Position numbers and translations under genes: made by a program
Notes under the pieces: model-generated
Database searches by the model: none
The model's input: only the letters and a program-made list of their open reading frames with translations
What the model was told of the DNA's origin: nothing
In this document: in pieces, positions 41,258 to 51,325 of the stretch
How the letters are laid out: each line of letters begins with the position of its first letter
How positions within the stretch are numbered: position 1 is the stretch's first letter
From: Candidatus Hydrogenedentota bacterium
Lineage (GTDB): Bacteria > Hydrogenedentota > Hydrogenedentia > Hydrogenedentales > JAEUWI01
Reading direction: 5' to 3'
Length of the DNA stretch: 64,000 bases
Assembly (NCBI GenBank): GCA_034669905.1
Contig: JAXMOL010000001.1
Span: 96,001 to 160,000, forward strand

Positions 41258-43432
41258 ATGCCCCGTACCCCAGCCTTCATCGCCCTATTACTCGCGGTGT
41301 GTGCACTGAACCCCACCCCTGCCGAAGATCTTTCGGAATTACCCTTTCCCCTATGGAATGTGGTCCCGCCACTGACCTACAAACACGATGTCGCTATCGT
41401 GGAGTCTCGCCCCGCCGACCGCCTGCCCATTGTCGTCCCTCCCTTCGAGGAGCATGTCCGCCAGGCGGTACCAGATACCATTCCGGTGGCCCCGATCGAC
41501 GCGGTGACCTTGCAGAAAAACACCCTGGTCCTGGGCACGGGCGACAAGACCCTGACGGTCGATACGAGCACGTGGGCGCCGCCGGCTTCGGCCGAAGCGG
41601 TACCCGACCCCCTCCTTTCTCCCCGGGTGGCCATGGGATTAAGCGTGGACGGACGCACCCGCCTCGCCGCCCATCGGGAAGTCCTCGAATCGGAACCGGG
41701 ACTGCGCATCCTGGACAGCGCCGAAGACTCGGAATACGTGTGGCTCGCCACCAACCGCGGCCTTTATTGTCTGACCCGAAACGAACTGCAGTTCCACCCC
41801 GAATATGGAGTCGGTGGTCCGCTGGCCACCCACGTCACCGCGGTCTCCATCGACAACCGTGGTGCCCTTTGGACCGGATCGCCCCTGGGCCTCAGTGTCC
41901 GTGACGTAGACGGCACCTGGCGTGCCATTCGCGGGCGCGATGGCCTGCCCGTCGAATCCATCACGGCCATTGCCGTGGATGCCAATGACCGGCTATGGGT
42001 CGGCACGGGCCACGGGCTGGTGCACTATCGTCCCTACGAATCCGGTCGGCAGTGGTTCTATCGCGAGGGGCTCCGGTATCTTCCGGGCAATTCCATTCAC
42101 GATGTGGCGGTGACGCCGGAGGGGCGCACCATCTACACCGCCACCGACGCGGGCCTGGGCCGATTGGAAATCATCACCACCACGTTGCTCGAACGGGCGA
42201 GCACCATTGAAGAACGTATCAACACACACCATCGTCGCCTGGGCCTGGTGGCCGCCGCCGAACTGGCAGACAAGGAAGATCCCGATTCGTGGGTTATCCG
42301 GGATGATGATAATGACGGCCTCTGGACCTCGTACCACATCGTGGCCATGTCTCTTGCCTATGCCACGACAGGCGATGAGGCGGCCAAAGCGTCGGCCCGG
42401 GAAGGCATGCACGCCCTGTACATGTTGCAGAATGCCTCGGGCACGCCTGGACTCGTCGCCCGCACGGTGCTCCCCCTGGAGGAAGCGATCGCCGCTGGCA
42501 AGGACAAGGATGAGCAGTGGCGACTCACGCCCGATGGCCAGTTCTATTGGAAGAGTGACACGTCTTCCGATGAAATCGACGGTCACTACTACGCCTTCTA
42601 CACCTATTGGGAACATATTGCGAAGAACGACCCGGCAGAACGGGAACGCTGCATCAAGCAGGTTCGCGACCTGACCAATTACATCGTCGACAATGGCTAT
42701 GTCTTGCTGGACTGGGACGGCGAGCCAACCCGCTGGGGTATCTGGTCCCCGGAACGACTCAATGACGACCCAAACCGTTACCTCGAGAACGGGCTGAACA
42801 GCCTCCAGCTTCTCTCCTTTCTCAAGACCGCCTACTACATTACCGGGGATGAGAAGTTTCAGCAGCACTACATGAAACTGATTACCGAGCACCATTATCT
42901 CGCCAATGTGCTGCTGGAAAAGAAGGTCTTCCCCGATTCCGAAAACCACTCGGACAATCAGCTGGCCTACGTCGCCTGGTATCCCATTCTCCAGATAGAG
43001 CAGGACCCCGCTATCCGCGACACGTTACACAAGGCGGTGCGACGTCACTACAAGACCCTCGATCGGGACCGGAGCAGTTTCTTTTACTTCGTGACGGCCA
43101 CCATCGACCCGGGCATGGTCGATCTGGAGTCCGCCGCCTTGAATCTTCGCCGCATCCCCACGGACCGACGGCAGTGGCAGCAGTTGAACAGCCACCGGGC
43201 CGATGTGGTCTTTGACCCACGGATCGACCGTTTTGGTAAAGAACAGTTGATCACGGCGCTGCCCGTTGATGAACGTCAGTTTGGCCGCTGGAATCGGAAT
43301 GTCTACCTGCCCGAGGAAAAAAACTCCAATCACCGCATCGAGACGGGGGCCGATTTTCTCATGCCCTACTGGATGGGCCGCTACCACGGTTTTATCGCCG
43401 AAGCTGCCGTTGCCAAGACGCCGGAGCCCTGA
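41258..43432 (+). CDS. Secreted protein: beta-propeller repeats plus putative (alpha/alpha)-toroid glycoside-hydrolase-like domain
   Basis: Signal peptide; WLATNRGL, LWTGSPLGL, LWVGTGHGL repeats; DNDGLWTS and WKSDTSSDE motifs. Confidence 0.6.
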   Translation: MPRTPAFIALLLAVCALNPTPAEDLSELPFPLWNVVPPLTYKHDVAIVESRPADRLPIVVPPFEEHVRQAVPDTIPVAPIDAVTLQKNTLVLGTGDKTLTVDTSTWAPPASAEAVPDPLLSPRVAMGLSVDGRTRLAAHREVLESEPGLRILDSAEDSEYVWLATNRGLYCLTRNELQFHPEYGVGGPLATHVTAVSIDNRGALWTGSPLGLSVRDVDGTWRAIRGRDGLPVESITAIAVDANDRLWVGTGHGLVHYRPYESGRQWFYREGLRYLPGNSIHDVAVTPEGRTIYTATDAGLGRLEIITTTLLERASTIEERINTHHRRLGLVAAAELADKEDPDSWVIRDDDNDGLWTSYHIVAMSLAYATTGDEAAKASAREGMHALYMLQNASGTPGLVARTVLPLEEAIAAGKDKDEQWRLTPDGQFYWKSDTSSDEIDGHYYAFYTYWEHIAKNDPAERERCIKQVRDLTNYIVDNGYVLLDWDGEPTRWGIWSPERLNDDPNRYLENGLNSLQLLSFLKTAYYITGDEKFQQHYMKLITEHHYLANVLLEKKVFPDSENHSDNQLAYVAWYPILQIEQDPAIRDTLHKAVRRHYKTLDRDRSSFFYFVTATIDPGMVDLESAALNLRRIPTDRRQWQQLNSHRADVVFDPRIDRFGKEQLITALPVDERQFGRWNRNVYLPEEKNSNHRIETGADFLMPYWMGRYHGFIAEAAVAKTPEP

Positions 43433-43514
43433 AGACCGGGCAAGCACCTACTGAATTGATACCGCCAACGGGGTCGTTGACCCGCCCCGAAAAATTTCAT
43501 CTGAAATCAGATTT

Positions 43515-43598
43515 ACTCCCCTCCTTGGAGGGGCTGGGGGTGGGTCAAGGCACGGACAACGTCGCGAACCCACCCCTGGCCCCTCCCGGGAGGGGAAT
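43515..43598. repeat. REP-like palindromic intergenic element
   Basis: CTCCCCTCCTTGGAGGGGCTGGGGGTGGGT...ACCCACCCCTGGCCCCTCCCGGGAGGGGA inverted pair; partial copy at 57149. Confidence 0.75.
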
Positions 43599-43763
43599 CG
43601 TCCTGGACGCCAGATGAAAGTCGCTGGTGTGATAGATGTGCCCATCGTTGCATCAAGCCAATCCCCCGGCCCGCCCGCACGCCACTTGGCCTTGCAGGCG
43701 GGTTCTCGCTATAGTAGCCCCTTCCAATCCAATCCTTGCGGCTGCCAAATGAAGGAGTTCCCC

Positions 43764-45251
43764 GTGTTCCGTCGAATCTATTTTACCCTTGCCCTCGTAG
43801 TCCTTTCCTGCCCCCCGGCCCTGGCCCAGGTCAACGATGTGCCGGGCCTCACCCCTGTCACACCCCTGATTCGGGTCGTCGATCTCAACGTGGGTGAGAG
43901 CACAATCGTAACCCTTCACGACGGCCGTAGCGTGACGGTCACCCTTTCACACCTGGCCGAGCATGCGGAGCCCATCCGCAAGGCCATCCACAGCAGCACG
44001 CTGAAGTTAAAGGTGGATGAAGAGGAAGTCACCCTGGAAGCAGGCCCCTACCGGTTGCCCGTTACAATCGGCCCGGTCCAGATCGATTGTTCGGTGACCA
44101 AGGGCCTGAATGGAAATGGCACGCCGGCCTTCTGGGGACTGGACAAAGACGCCCGCCTTCGCCTCTGGCCCAAGGACTCCCCCTACCTCCATCCCGGCTC
44201 CATGATTTACCCCGTGAAGCAGGGCTGGTACTCCACCCGCACCTGGTTCGACAACGAGCCCGTCCATGGTGGCAAGAGCATTCTCCCGAAGATCTATTAC
44301 CATGCGGGCATGGACATTGGCGCTTCCGAAGGCCTGGCCCCCGTCATTGCCGCCACCGATGCCCTCGTGGTCCAGCGGGGCATGGACGTGCTGGAAGGCC
44401 ATGGCGAAGACACGCCCACCAGCCCGCGCTATGATGTGGTCTATCTGATGGATGGTCGCGGCTGGTATTACCGCTATTCCCACCTGAAAGAAATCGCACC
44501 CAACATCCAACTCGGCGCCGTCATCAAGCAGGGCGACCCGGTCGGTATTGTGGGCAAAGAAGGGGCCAGCGGTGGCTGGTCGCACCTCCACTTCGAGATC
44601 AAGAGTCGTCAACCTTCGGGGAAATGGGGCAGCCAGCCCGCCTTTGCCTTTCTGCACGAAGCCTATGTAAACGAATTTGGTATGAGCCTCTATGCCAATG
44701 CGCGGCCTATGCAAATGATTACGGCGGGCGAGACGGCCCACCTCGACGGGCGGCGCTCCTGGAGTGCCAACGATTCGATTACTTCCTATGAATGGACACT
44801 CTTCGACGGCACCAAGGTGGCGGAAGCCTCGGTGAAAAAAGTCTACCCCACGCCCGGGTTTTACTGTGAGACCCTGAAAGTGACGGACCGCGCGGGTCAG
44901 GTGGCCTATGACTTCGCCTATGTCATGGCGCTCGATCCCGCGGACCTGGAACACTACACGCCCAACGTCAACATCAACTACTACCCCACGCGCAATCTGA
45001 AGCCCGGCGATCCCATCACCTTTAAGGCCCGTGCCTTCCGGATACAGGGCGGTGAAGAAATCTGGGACTTTGGCGACGGCAGCCCGACCCAGACAACCCG
45101 CTCGCCGGAAGACGCCAAGCCCCTGGCTCCCGAGGGCTATGTGGCGCTGGAACACCGCTACGAAAAGCCCGGCGATTACATCGTGAAAGTGTCACGAACG
45201 CACGACAATGGCCAGACTGCCCACGCGAAAGCCTGGGTGCACATCGACTAG
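43764..45251 (+). CDS. M23 family metallopeptidase with two C-terminal PKD domains
   Basis: AAGGAG RBS and GTG start; HAGMD, YSHL, HLHFE; YEWT and WDFGDG..Y.KPG.Y PKD motifs. Confidence 0.85.
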   Translation: MFRRIYFTLALVVLSCPPALAQVNDVPGLTPVTPLIRVVDLNVGESTIVTLHDGRSVTVTLSHLAEHAEPIRKAIHSSTLKLKVDEEEVTLEAGPYRLPVTIGPVQIDCSVTKGLNGNGTPAFWGLDKDARLRLWPKDSPYLHPGSMIYPVKQGWYSTRTWFDNEPVHGGKSILPKIYYHAGMDIGASEGLAPVIAATDALVVQRGMDVLEGHGEDTPTSPRYDVVYLMDGRGWYYRYSHLKEIAPNIQLGAVIKQGDPVGIVGKEGASGGWSHLHFEIKSRQPSGKWGSQPAFAFLHEAYVNEFGMSLYANARPMQMITAGETAHLDGRRSWSANDSITSYEWTLFDGTKVAEASVKKVYPTPGFYCETLKVTDRAGQVAYDFAYVMALDPADLEHYTPNVNINYYPTRNLKPGDPITFKARAFRIQGGEEIWDFGDGSPTQTTRSPEDAKPLAPEGYVALEHRYEKPGDYIVKVSRTHDNGQTAHAKAWVHID

Positions 45252-45392
45252 GCCCTGCCACCTGCAGACCTGTCGCTTCGTACAGAATTGGCTCATTGGG
45301 AGCGCTGGCAAACCGCCTGCGCTCCCAAGCCCCCATTCGAGAAGATGGCGGCCGAACGACCTGGAGAATGTCCGAGCTGACACTTCGCCTAT

Positions 45393-46025
45393 TTAGAGGG
45401 CGGATAGCATGCGGACTATCTGCTCGTGCCCCTCTTTCCTGGCGACATCGGCTGCCGTGTCGCCTTCGTTGTTCTTGATGGCGGTGTCGGCATGGTGATC
45501 GAGCAGGACCCGCACGACGCTTTGGCCTCCGTTGTGGGCCGCCCGGTGCAGTGCCGTATCCCCGGTCTGGGTCTGTGCATTGATAGCGGCCCCCGCATCG
45601 AGCAGCGTCTGGACGACCTTCGCGTTTTCCCGCGCGGCCGCATAATGCAACGCGGTCCAATTGGCGCGGGTGCGTGCATCGACCTCGGCACCATGTTCCA
45701 GAAGAAAACTGACATCGTGATCATGGCAACGGGCGGCGGAAATGTGGAGGGGAGTCAAGCCCCAGTCATTCACCGCATTCACATCTGCCTGCCGCTTCAT
45801 CAGATAGGCCATAATATCGAGATTGCCCCATGCGGCCGCAGAGTGCAGGGGCGTCATCCCATATTCACCGCGGCTGTCTATGGGGATACCTTCATCCAGA
45901 AGTGCCGCCACATCGCGGGGCGTACCATCCGTGACGGCTTCATGGATGGTCTCAAAACGCACTTCCGGAGTCACGCAACTGCTGAGCCCCAAGGCCAGCG
46001 CACCTAGTAGGACACGTGATTTCAT
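45393..46025 (-). CDS. Ankyrin-repeat lipoprotein
   Basis: Lipobox LSSC; GMTPLH, GLTPLH, TALH, GDTALH repeats. Confidence 0.9.
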   Translation of the reverse strand: MKSRVLLGALALGLSSCVTPEVRFETIHEAVTDGTPRDVAALLDEGIPIDSRGEYGMTPLHSAAAWGNLDIMAYLMKRQADVNAVNDWGLTPLHISAARCHDHDVSFLLEHGAEVDARTRANWTALHYAAARENAKVVQTLLDAGAAINAQTQTGDTALHRAAHNGGQSVVRVLLDHHADTAIKNNEGDTAADVARKEGHEQIVRMLSAL

Positions 46026-46112
46026 GACCACTCCTTTCCGCCCCAACCCGGGGCAACCGGGTATCGGAGGAGACGCCATTGCATTCCGCACGCCTCCATC
46101 GCTCAACCGCTA

Positions 46113-47549
46113 CTAAAGCCCCAGCACACCCAGTATCTCCGGATTCTCCTCCTGCCACGTAACCACGTTGTGGCAACTCGTGCAGTCCTGGCTGATGATG
46201 TTTGCGCCATCGCGGCTGCTGTGACCATCATCGTGGCACCGAAAGCAGCCATCGAACTGGGTATGCCCATTGTGGTCCGGATAGGTCCCCCAACCAATAT
46301 CCATTGCGGGAAATATATTCTTCCGATAAATATCCTGAATCGCACGAATCGCTTCGTCCAGGGACTCGGCCCGTTCTGCCACAATCTCACCGTGGTTCTC
46401 CGCATAGAAGCCTTCCAGATGGGATTGGATGAATACCGTGGCATCTTCGGCATCAAGCGCCCCCTCCAGGGCGGCCAGTCCCGCCATTTTTACAGAGGGC
46501 AAGGTCTTATCAATCCGTCCTTCATCCAGGGCCTCGTTGAGTGCGGGCCCGGGCATCTTGAAGCGGTGGGTGGCCCGATTATGGCAGTCCGTACAGTCCA
46601 TTTGGCGGAGCGCCTCTTCAGGAATCTCGTTGCCCTCCTGAGAAAATCCGTCGGCATAATATTCGACGACCGAGCCATCCGGATTTACCGAGCGTATGTA
46701 GCCGATTTCCTCCCGTTTGTCGTCGGTGGAGTAATAGCGTATTTCCCGGCCTGGCGCCAGGTGCCACGTATGAATACCGGAGCCCGCGGCGTCGCGGCCT
46801 CCCACGTGCATGAGCAGGACGGACGTCAGGGGCGTATTGTTTTCGTCGGAGGCATAATCCGTGGTCACCTTCAGCACATCGCCCAAATCCATTTCGGGAT
46901 TGTGACACTCCCCGCAGGTTTCCTCCGCCTGGGCCAGGTTGTGAACGGGCACGGGTATGGGGGTTTCGTAGCTTCCGGTAAGCACCCCATAGACCTGATT
47001 GAGCCCATTCAACTTCGCATGGACCAGTGCGGGTACCCCCGGCCCGATGTGGCAATCCACGCACTTGACCATGGCGTGGGGAGAATTCATATGGGCGGTA
47101 AATTCAGGTTCCATCACCGTGTGACAGGTTGTCCCGCAAAACGCGACAGACTCCATATAGACGGCCCCCTCGTAGCTGATAAGGGAGATCAACATGAAGT
47201 TGAAGGCGGTCAGAAAACCGACGATGATGGCGAGCCGTTGAATGCGCGGGCTGTTGAAATCCAGTTTGATGTGGGCGGGTTCGTCGCTGTTGAGCGCCCG
47301 GCGACGGCGGCGGTCCCACCAGGCCCCCACGGGGATTATCAGCAATCCCAAGACGAATACGGCGGGCAACAGCAGATAGGTCAGAAGCCCGATGTAGGGC
47401 GAAAGGGGCACGCCTAAAAGGGTCATCACCATAAATACCAGAATGGCAAGGGCGCTCACGGTGGTCAGGCTACTACCGAATAGGGTAATCCAGTTACGCC
47501 AAATCAACTGCCCTGCGGCTCCCAGCCAGCTTTTCTCTGGACGATTCAT
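46113..47549 (-). CDS. NapC/NirT-like membrane-anchored multiheme cytochrome c
   Basis: Three N-terminal TM helices; FCGTTCHTVM.PE; CVDCHIG; CGECH, CTDCH, CFRCH, CTSCH (6 heme motifs). Confidence 0.85.
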   Translation of the reverse strand: MNRPEKSWLGAAGQLIWRNWITLFGSSLTTVSALAILVFMVMTLLGVPLSPYIGLLTYLLLPAVFVLGLLIIPVGAWWDRRRRRALNSDEPAHIKLDFNSPRIQRLAIIVGFLTAFNFMLISLISYEGAVYMESVAFCGTTCHTVMEPEFTAHMNSPHAMVKCVDCHIGPGVPALVHAKLNGLNQVYGVLTGSYETPIPVPVHNLAQAEETCGECHNPEMDLGDVLKVTTDYASDENNTPLTSVLLMHVGGRDAAGSGIHTWHLAPGREIRYYSTDDKREEIGYIRSVNPDGSVVEYYADGFSQEGNEIPEEALRQMDCTDCHNRATHRFKMPGPALNEALDEGRIDKTLPSVKMAGLAALEGALDAEDATVFIQSHLEGFYAENHGEIVAERAESLDEAIRAIQDIYRKNIFPAMDIGWGTYPDHNGHTQFDGCFRCHDDGHSSRDGANIISQDCTSCHNVVTWQEENPEILGVLGL

Positions 47550-47590
47550 CCGTCTATTTTCTCCCCGCGTTCCGTATGCTTTTAGGGGAA

Positions 47591-47617
47591 GGGGAAGGTG
47601 AACGAGTCACCTTCCCC
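47591..47617. terminator. Intergenic hairpin between the decaheme and NapC-like genes
   Basis: GGGGAAGGTGA/TCACCTTCCCC 11-bp stem. Confidence 0.5.
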
Positions 47618-47639
47618 ACACTCCATTAACCTTGTGCTA

Positions 47640-49751
47640 TCACGGCCCCATATTGTGGACATCAATGACGGCGAAGTCCGCGCCGCTGTCGTGACAAACG
47701 GAGCAGGATTCTACCCGTGCACCGGGATCCGTATTGAGGATGGCGTGCACTTCGGCCACCAGACTATCGTGACAGGATGTGCAGGAGGCGCGCTCCGGCA
47801 ACTTCTCGGAGACGATTGTGGTGCCGTCAGAGATAACGGTCGAGATGGCATCCATGGACAGGGGAATCTCGAAAGAACCGTCCACGTGACACATCTCACA
47901 GTTTCTCAAATCACCGGGGAATTCGATCTCGGTGAAGTCGTGGGCCGTACCGCCGAATCCGAAGACCGTAAACGCCATCTCCAACTCGGAGCCACGGTGA
48001 ATCTTATGGATCATGTCTTTGAAGTTAATCGTCTCCGGCGGCAATTGCTCCTCCGTGCGCCGTGCGATATCGGTCCCATTGGGGTTGTGGCACATCACAC
48101 AGCTATCCACACCGACCCGAAGGCTTCCGTGGAACCGCAGCTCGCTGTGACAGGCGTTGCACTTGGCGTCATCGATGATCTGACGACGTTCCACCGGCTC
48201 ACTATTGTTCACCGTGAAAATCATCCGTCCATTGGACGCCGTCCCCTGGGTAATCGTCTCTCCCAGGAGGTCAAAGCGCACCCGACCTTCCATCGCTACC
48301 GCGAAGGTCGCTTCGCTGTCGACCGGCACCTGTTCTGTGAACGTGTAGCTGAAGGTGCCATCCCCGTTGTCCGTCGCGTTGGCCGCTGTGATCGTTTCGC
48401 GGAAAGCCTGTTCATAATCGCTTACCGGATAGGCCAGGGTCGCGGCAACGGTAGCCAGCTCGCTCAGGTCGCCATAGGCTTCCCCAGCGCCATTTTCCGC
48501 CGTGAAATTTATCGTAACTGCAGCACCGGTCTCCAGGGCTTCGGTGGTCACGCTATTCACGGTCAAGGACAGGCCCGGAGCAATCGGGCTATCGGTAGCA
48601 AGACGGTGGGCCTCCAGAATGGGGGCAGGCCCCGGGGCCGTGGGGGTGTGACACAGTGCGCACAGACTGTTGTCCACCTGCTGGCCCGCCACGTGGTTGG
48701 TGAAGCCCTCCGGCGTGGCCAGGGGCTCGCCAAACCAGGCGCGATCATGACAGGAAGCGCAGCCTTCGATGGTCGGTGTCGTCATGTAAATGTCGGACAT
48801 GGCCGCATCGGTATGACACGCCGTACAATTCTCCACCGGCTGGGGAAAATGCACGTCGGAATAGTCATGCACCGAATTGCGGAAGCCAATAATCTGATAG
48901 GCCACACCTGCCTGCACGCTTGGCAGACCGGCGCCCTGGTGAATCTTGTGGATCATCTCGGCAAAGTCAACGCTATTGCCGGAATTCGCATCCACGGAAC
49001 CCTGATTATGGCAGAGGATACACAACTGGACTTCCCGACGGGCACCGCCGTGGATTGCCAACCGGGTATGACATACGTTGCAGGTCTCGGTATTCACGAT
49101 CTCCCGTGAACCCAACGCTGTGCCTCCATCGGGACGGAAAGCCAGTACCGGATTGGCGGGATACTCTAATTCATCAATCGGGAACAACCGTTCCAACTGT
49201 CCCCCCACCTGATGCGTCGCATCCCGCGGGTAGTCGGCGGGCAGGCTGCTTGCAAAGCGGTAGGAAAATTCCCCGTCATCGCCCTGGACCACTCCGCCCA
49301 GTCGGGCGCTGTCGTAGGTCGCTTGCGTGCCCTCGTCACCGGTCCCCGCGGTCCCGTCGGGGTCTTCGGTTTGGGAAATGTAGCTCACATACCGCGCGCT
49401 ACTGCCTTCGGGCGGTGCCTGCTCCAGATAGGCCAGAATGAAACGGACGTCGGAAAGCTCACGAAGGGGAATCGGTTCACCCGCGTCATCCTGCGCCGTA
49501 AAGTGCACCACCGGGCGCAAGTCAGCGGGAATCTCGACCGACAGGATATCCACCTGTAGCCCCGGCGAAGTCGAAACGGGCGTTACCATCACCGGATCCG
49601 GGTCGGGATCGGGGTCGGGATCAGGGTCCGGATCGGGGTCGGGGGTCGTTATCAGAGGACACCCGGCCAGTAACAGGACCGCGAGCAACGGGGTCCAGAG
49701 GCCCCACCATCCCCCGTTGCGTTCATGTGTTTTCGGTGTATACCCAATCAC
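47640..49751 (-). CDS. OmcA/MtrC-family decaheme cytochrome lipoprotein
   Basis: Lipobox LLAGC, (PD)n linker; 10 CxxCH in two pentaheme blocks separated by a beta domain; MIHKIH twice. Confidence 0.9.
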   Translation of the reverse strand: MIGYTPKTHERNGGWWGLWTPLLAVLLLAGCPLITTPDPDPDPDPDPDPDPDPVMVTPVSTSPGLQVDILSVEIPADLRPVVHFTAQDDAGEPIPLRELSDVRFILAYLEQAPPEGSSARYVSYISQTEDPDGTAGTGDEGTQATYDSARLGGVVQGDDGEFSYRFASSLPADYPRDATHQVGGQLERLFPIDELEYPANPVLAFRPDGGTALGSREIVNTETCNVCHTRLAIHGGARREVQLCILCHNQGSVDANSGNSVDFAEMIHKIHQGAGLPSVQAGVAYQIIGFRNSVHDYSDVHFPQPVENCTACHTDAAMSDIYMTTPTIEGCASCHDRAWFGEPLATPEGFTNHVAGQQVDNSLCALCHTPTAPGPAPILEAHRLATDSPIAPGLSLTVNSVTTEALETGAAVTINFTAENGAGEAYGDLSELATVAATLAYPVSDYEQAFRETITAANATDNGDGTFSYTFTEQVPVDSEATFAVAMEGRVRFDLLGETITQGTASNGRMIFTVNNSEPVERRQIIDDAKCNACHSELRFHGSLRVGVDSCVMCHNPNGTDIARRTEEQLPPETINFKDMIHKIHRGSELEMAFTVFGFGGTAHDFTEIEFPGDLRNCEMCHVDGSFEIPLSMDAISTVISDGTTIVSEKLPERASCTSCHDSLVAEVHAILNTDPGARVESCSVCHDSGADFAVIDVHNMGP

Positions 49752-49892
49752 AACGACCTCCCTTCACAGAATCACTATCTGATTCTCGTAGTGCCAAGAT
49801 TCGCTCTCAGCGCGGCGATTAAACGGCTCCCGGGCTCTGGAAAGTGCCCACACGAACGACCTTGAGCATCTCCCTACTGTCATATAGAGGAA

Positions 49893-49909
49893 AGCTTAAG
49901 TCGTGCCAA
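49893..49909 (-). promoter_or_regulatory. Putative sigma54 (-24/-12) promoter for the decaheme/NapC operon
   Basis: Minus strand TTGGCACGACTTAAGCT (GG-N10-GC), about 140 nt upstream of the start codon. Confidence 0.55.
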
Positions 49910-50015
49910 CTTTCCTGATATACCCCGATCTCGTTCCGGACCCTGCGACATCGCCCAAAGAAGGGGCGATGCCATGGCATTGGCGGAACGTCCGGGTGTG
50001 CCAAGAGTGTCCATT

Positions 50016-50031
50016 AGTACAGTACTGTACT
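50016..50031. promoter_or_regulatory. Perfect 16-bp palindrome, candidate regulator site
   Basis: AGTACAGTACTGTACT in the divergent intergenic region. Confidence 0.45.
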
Positions 50032-50081
50032 GCCCACAATTGCGCAAGTACCATCTTAAGCCGATGCGCGGAGGGAAGCCC

Positions 50082-50110
50082 TTGACAGCATACCCGAACC
50101 GTGATAGCGT
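50082..50110 (+). promoter_or_regulatory. Putative sigma70 promoter for the porin-cytochrome operon
   Basis: TTGACA-17 nt-TAGCGT with extended -10 TG. Confidence 0.5.
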
Positions 50111-50284
50111 GAGTGGACGTTACAGGCGGGCGCACCAGTGTCCTGTTGGCACGGAATTCTCTATAGCGACTTACAGATCGACGTACGCCACGTGATATTT
50201 CACGATACTCGGAAGTCTTTTACACGACCGAATCGGAGGTTGTCGTGTCAATGTGTCGGTACCACGTAGAGGGAATGGTGTGCC

Positions 50285-51325
50285 GTGAGCAATACAGCTG
50301 ACAAGCGAACTGGACGGGCCATCGCTTCGGGGATTCGCCGGGGGAGTTGGGTCCTTTGCCTGCTCGTTCTGGGAGTCTTTTCCCTGGGGGCAGACAGCTG
50401 TCAGAACTCTTCGCTCGGGCCCGGCGAAGTGGGTAGCGCCACCTGTCTGGCCTGTCACGATGGCCGTAGCGCCAGTAACCACCTGGAATTTCTGGACAGC
50501 CCTCACCAGGGTTTGTCGTGCGAGTCTTGCCATGGCCCCGGCCTGACCCACGTGCAACAGGGGGGCCGATTGGGGCTCTTCATCGACAATCCCAATCGTT
50601 ATCCCTTTGACACGCGGCACACGGCCTGCATCACCTGCCACAGCGACATCGTCTCGCCCGTTGGAATCGGTGCCCAGGGCTTTCTTGCGACCAACCATTT
50701 CCTGGAAGGCGCCGCAACCTGCACCGATTGCCACGATGTGCACAAGCAGGGGGGCATGCTGATCAGCAGCACGTCACCCGCACGGTTCGGGAATGCAAAC
50801 TACGCCACCCTCTGCGGGAGCTGTCACGTCGATCAAGTGGAACAATTCTCGCTGAGCGGCCATGCCCAAAAAGACGTCGCGACGTGCTCCAGTTGCCACG
50901 ACATGCACGCGGGTGACATGTTCCGTGCAGACCCCACAACCAATCGCCTTTGCCTCCAATGCCATCAGAGTTTTGCCCTGGGATTTCAACGGGATGTGGA
51001 CGTGGATTTCCATACGGGCGACATGCACCCCGTCGATCCGGCAGGTTCCGGTTCAAGCCGATGCACCGGGTGTCACTTGCCACCCAACGCAGGCAGCTCG
51101 GCGGTTCAGCCAAGCCATGATCACACCCTCTTTACAATCCCGCCGATTGCCAGTAATGACGCCGTCGCAATGGGTGTGGAACCCGCTCCCCCCAATTCCT
51201 GTGCAGGCGTAACGGGGTGTCATGATCCCGTACAGCCGAATTCCGGTCCCCCTTACGACGAAAATGACCTGGAAAGCAATACGCGACTGCAGTCGCTCTA
51301 CGAAATCATCGGAGCACGGCCATGA
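50285..51325 (+). CDS. Multiheme cytochrome c (8 CxxCH plus one CX5CH), DmsE/MtrA-like N-terminus, possible lipoprotein
   Basis: VGSATCLACH, CESCHGPG, CITCH, CTDCH, CGSCH, CSSCH, CLQCH, CTGCH, CAGVTGCH. Confidence 0.85.
   Translation: MSNTADKRTGRAIASGIRRGSWVLCLLVLGVFSLGADSCQNSSLGPGEVGSATCLACHDGRSASNHLEFLDSPHQGLSCESCHGPGLTHVQQGGRLGLFIDNPNRYPFDTRHTACITCHSDIVSPVGIGAQGFLATNHFLEGAATCTDCHDVHKQGGMLISSTSPARFGNANYATLCGSCHVDQVEQFSLSGHAQKDVATCSSCHDMHAGDMFRADPTTNRLCLQCHQSFALGFQRDVDVDFHTGDMHPVDPAGSGSSRCTGCHLPPNAGSSAVQPSHDHTLFTIPPIASNDAVAMGVEPAPPNSCAGVTGCHDPVQPNSGPPYDENDLESNTRLQSLYEIIGARP

Noticed and set aside
50146..50162. Plus-strand sigma54 promoter TTGGCACGGAATTCTCT
   Set aside because: Good -24 element but lacks the conserved -12 GC
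50191..50204. Rex or CRP/FNR box (CGTGATATTTCACG)
   Set aside because: GTGA-N4-TCAC spacing does not fit the N6 spacing of those consensus sites
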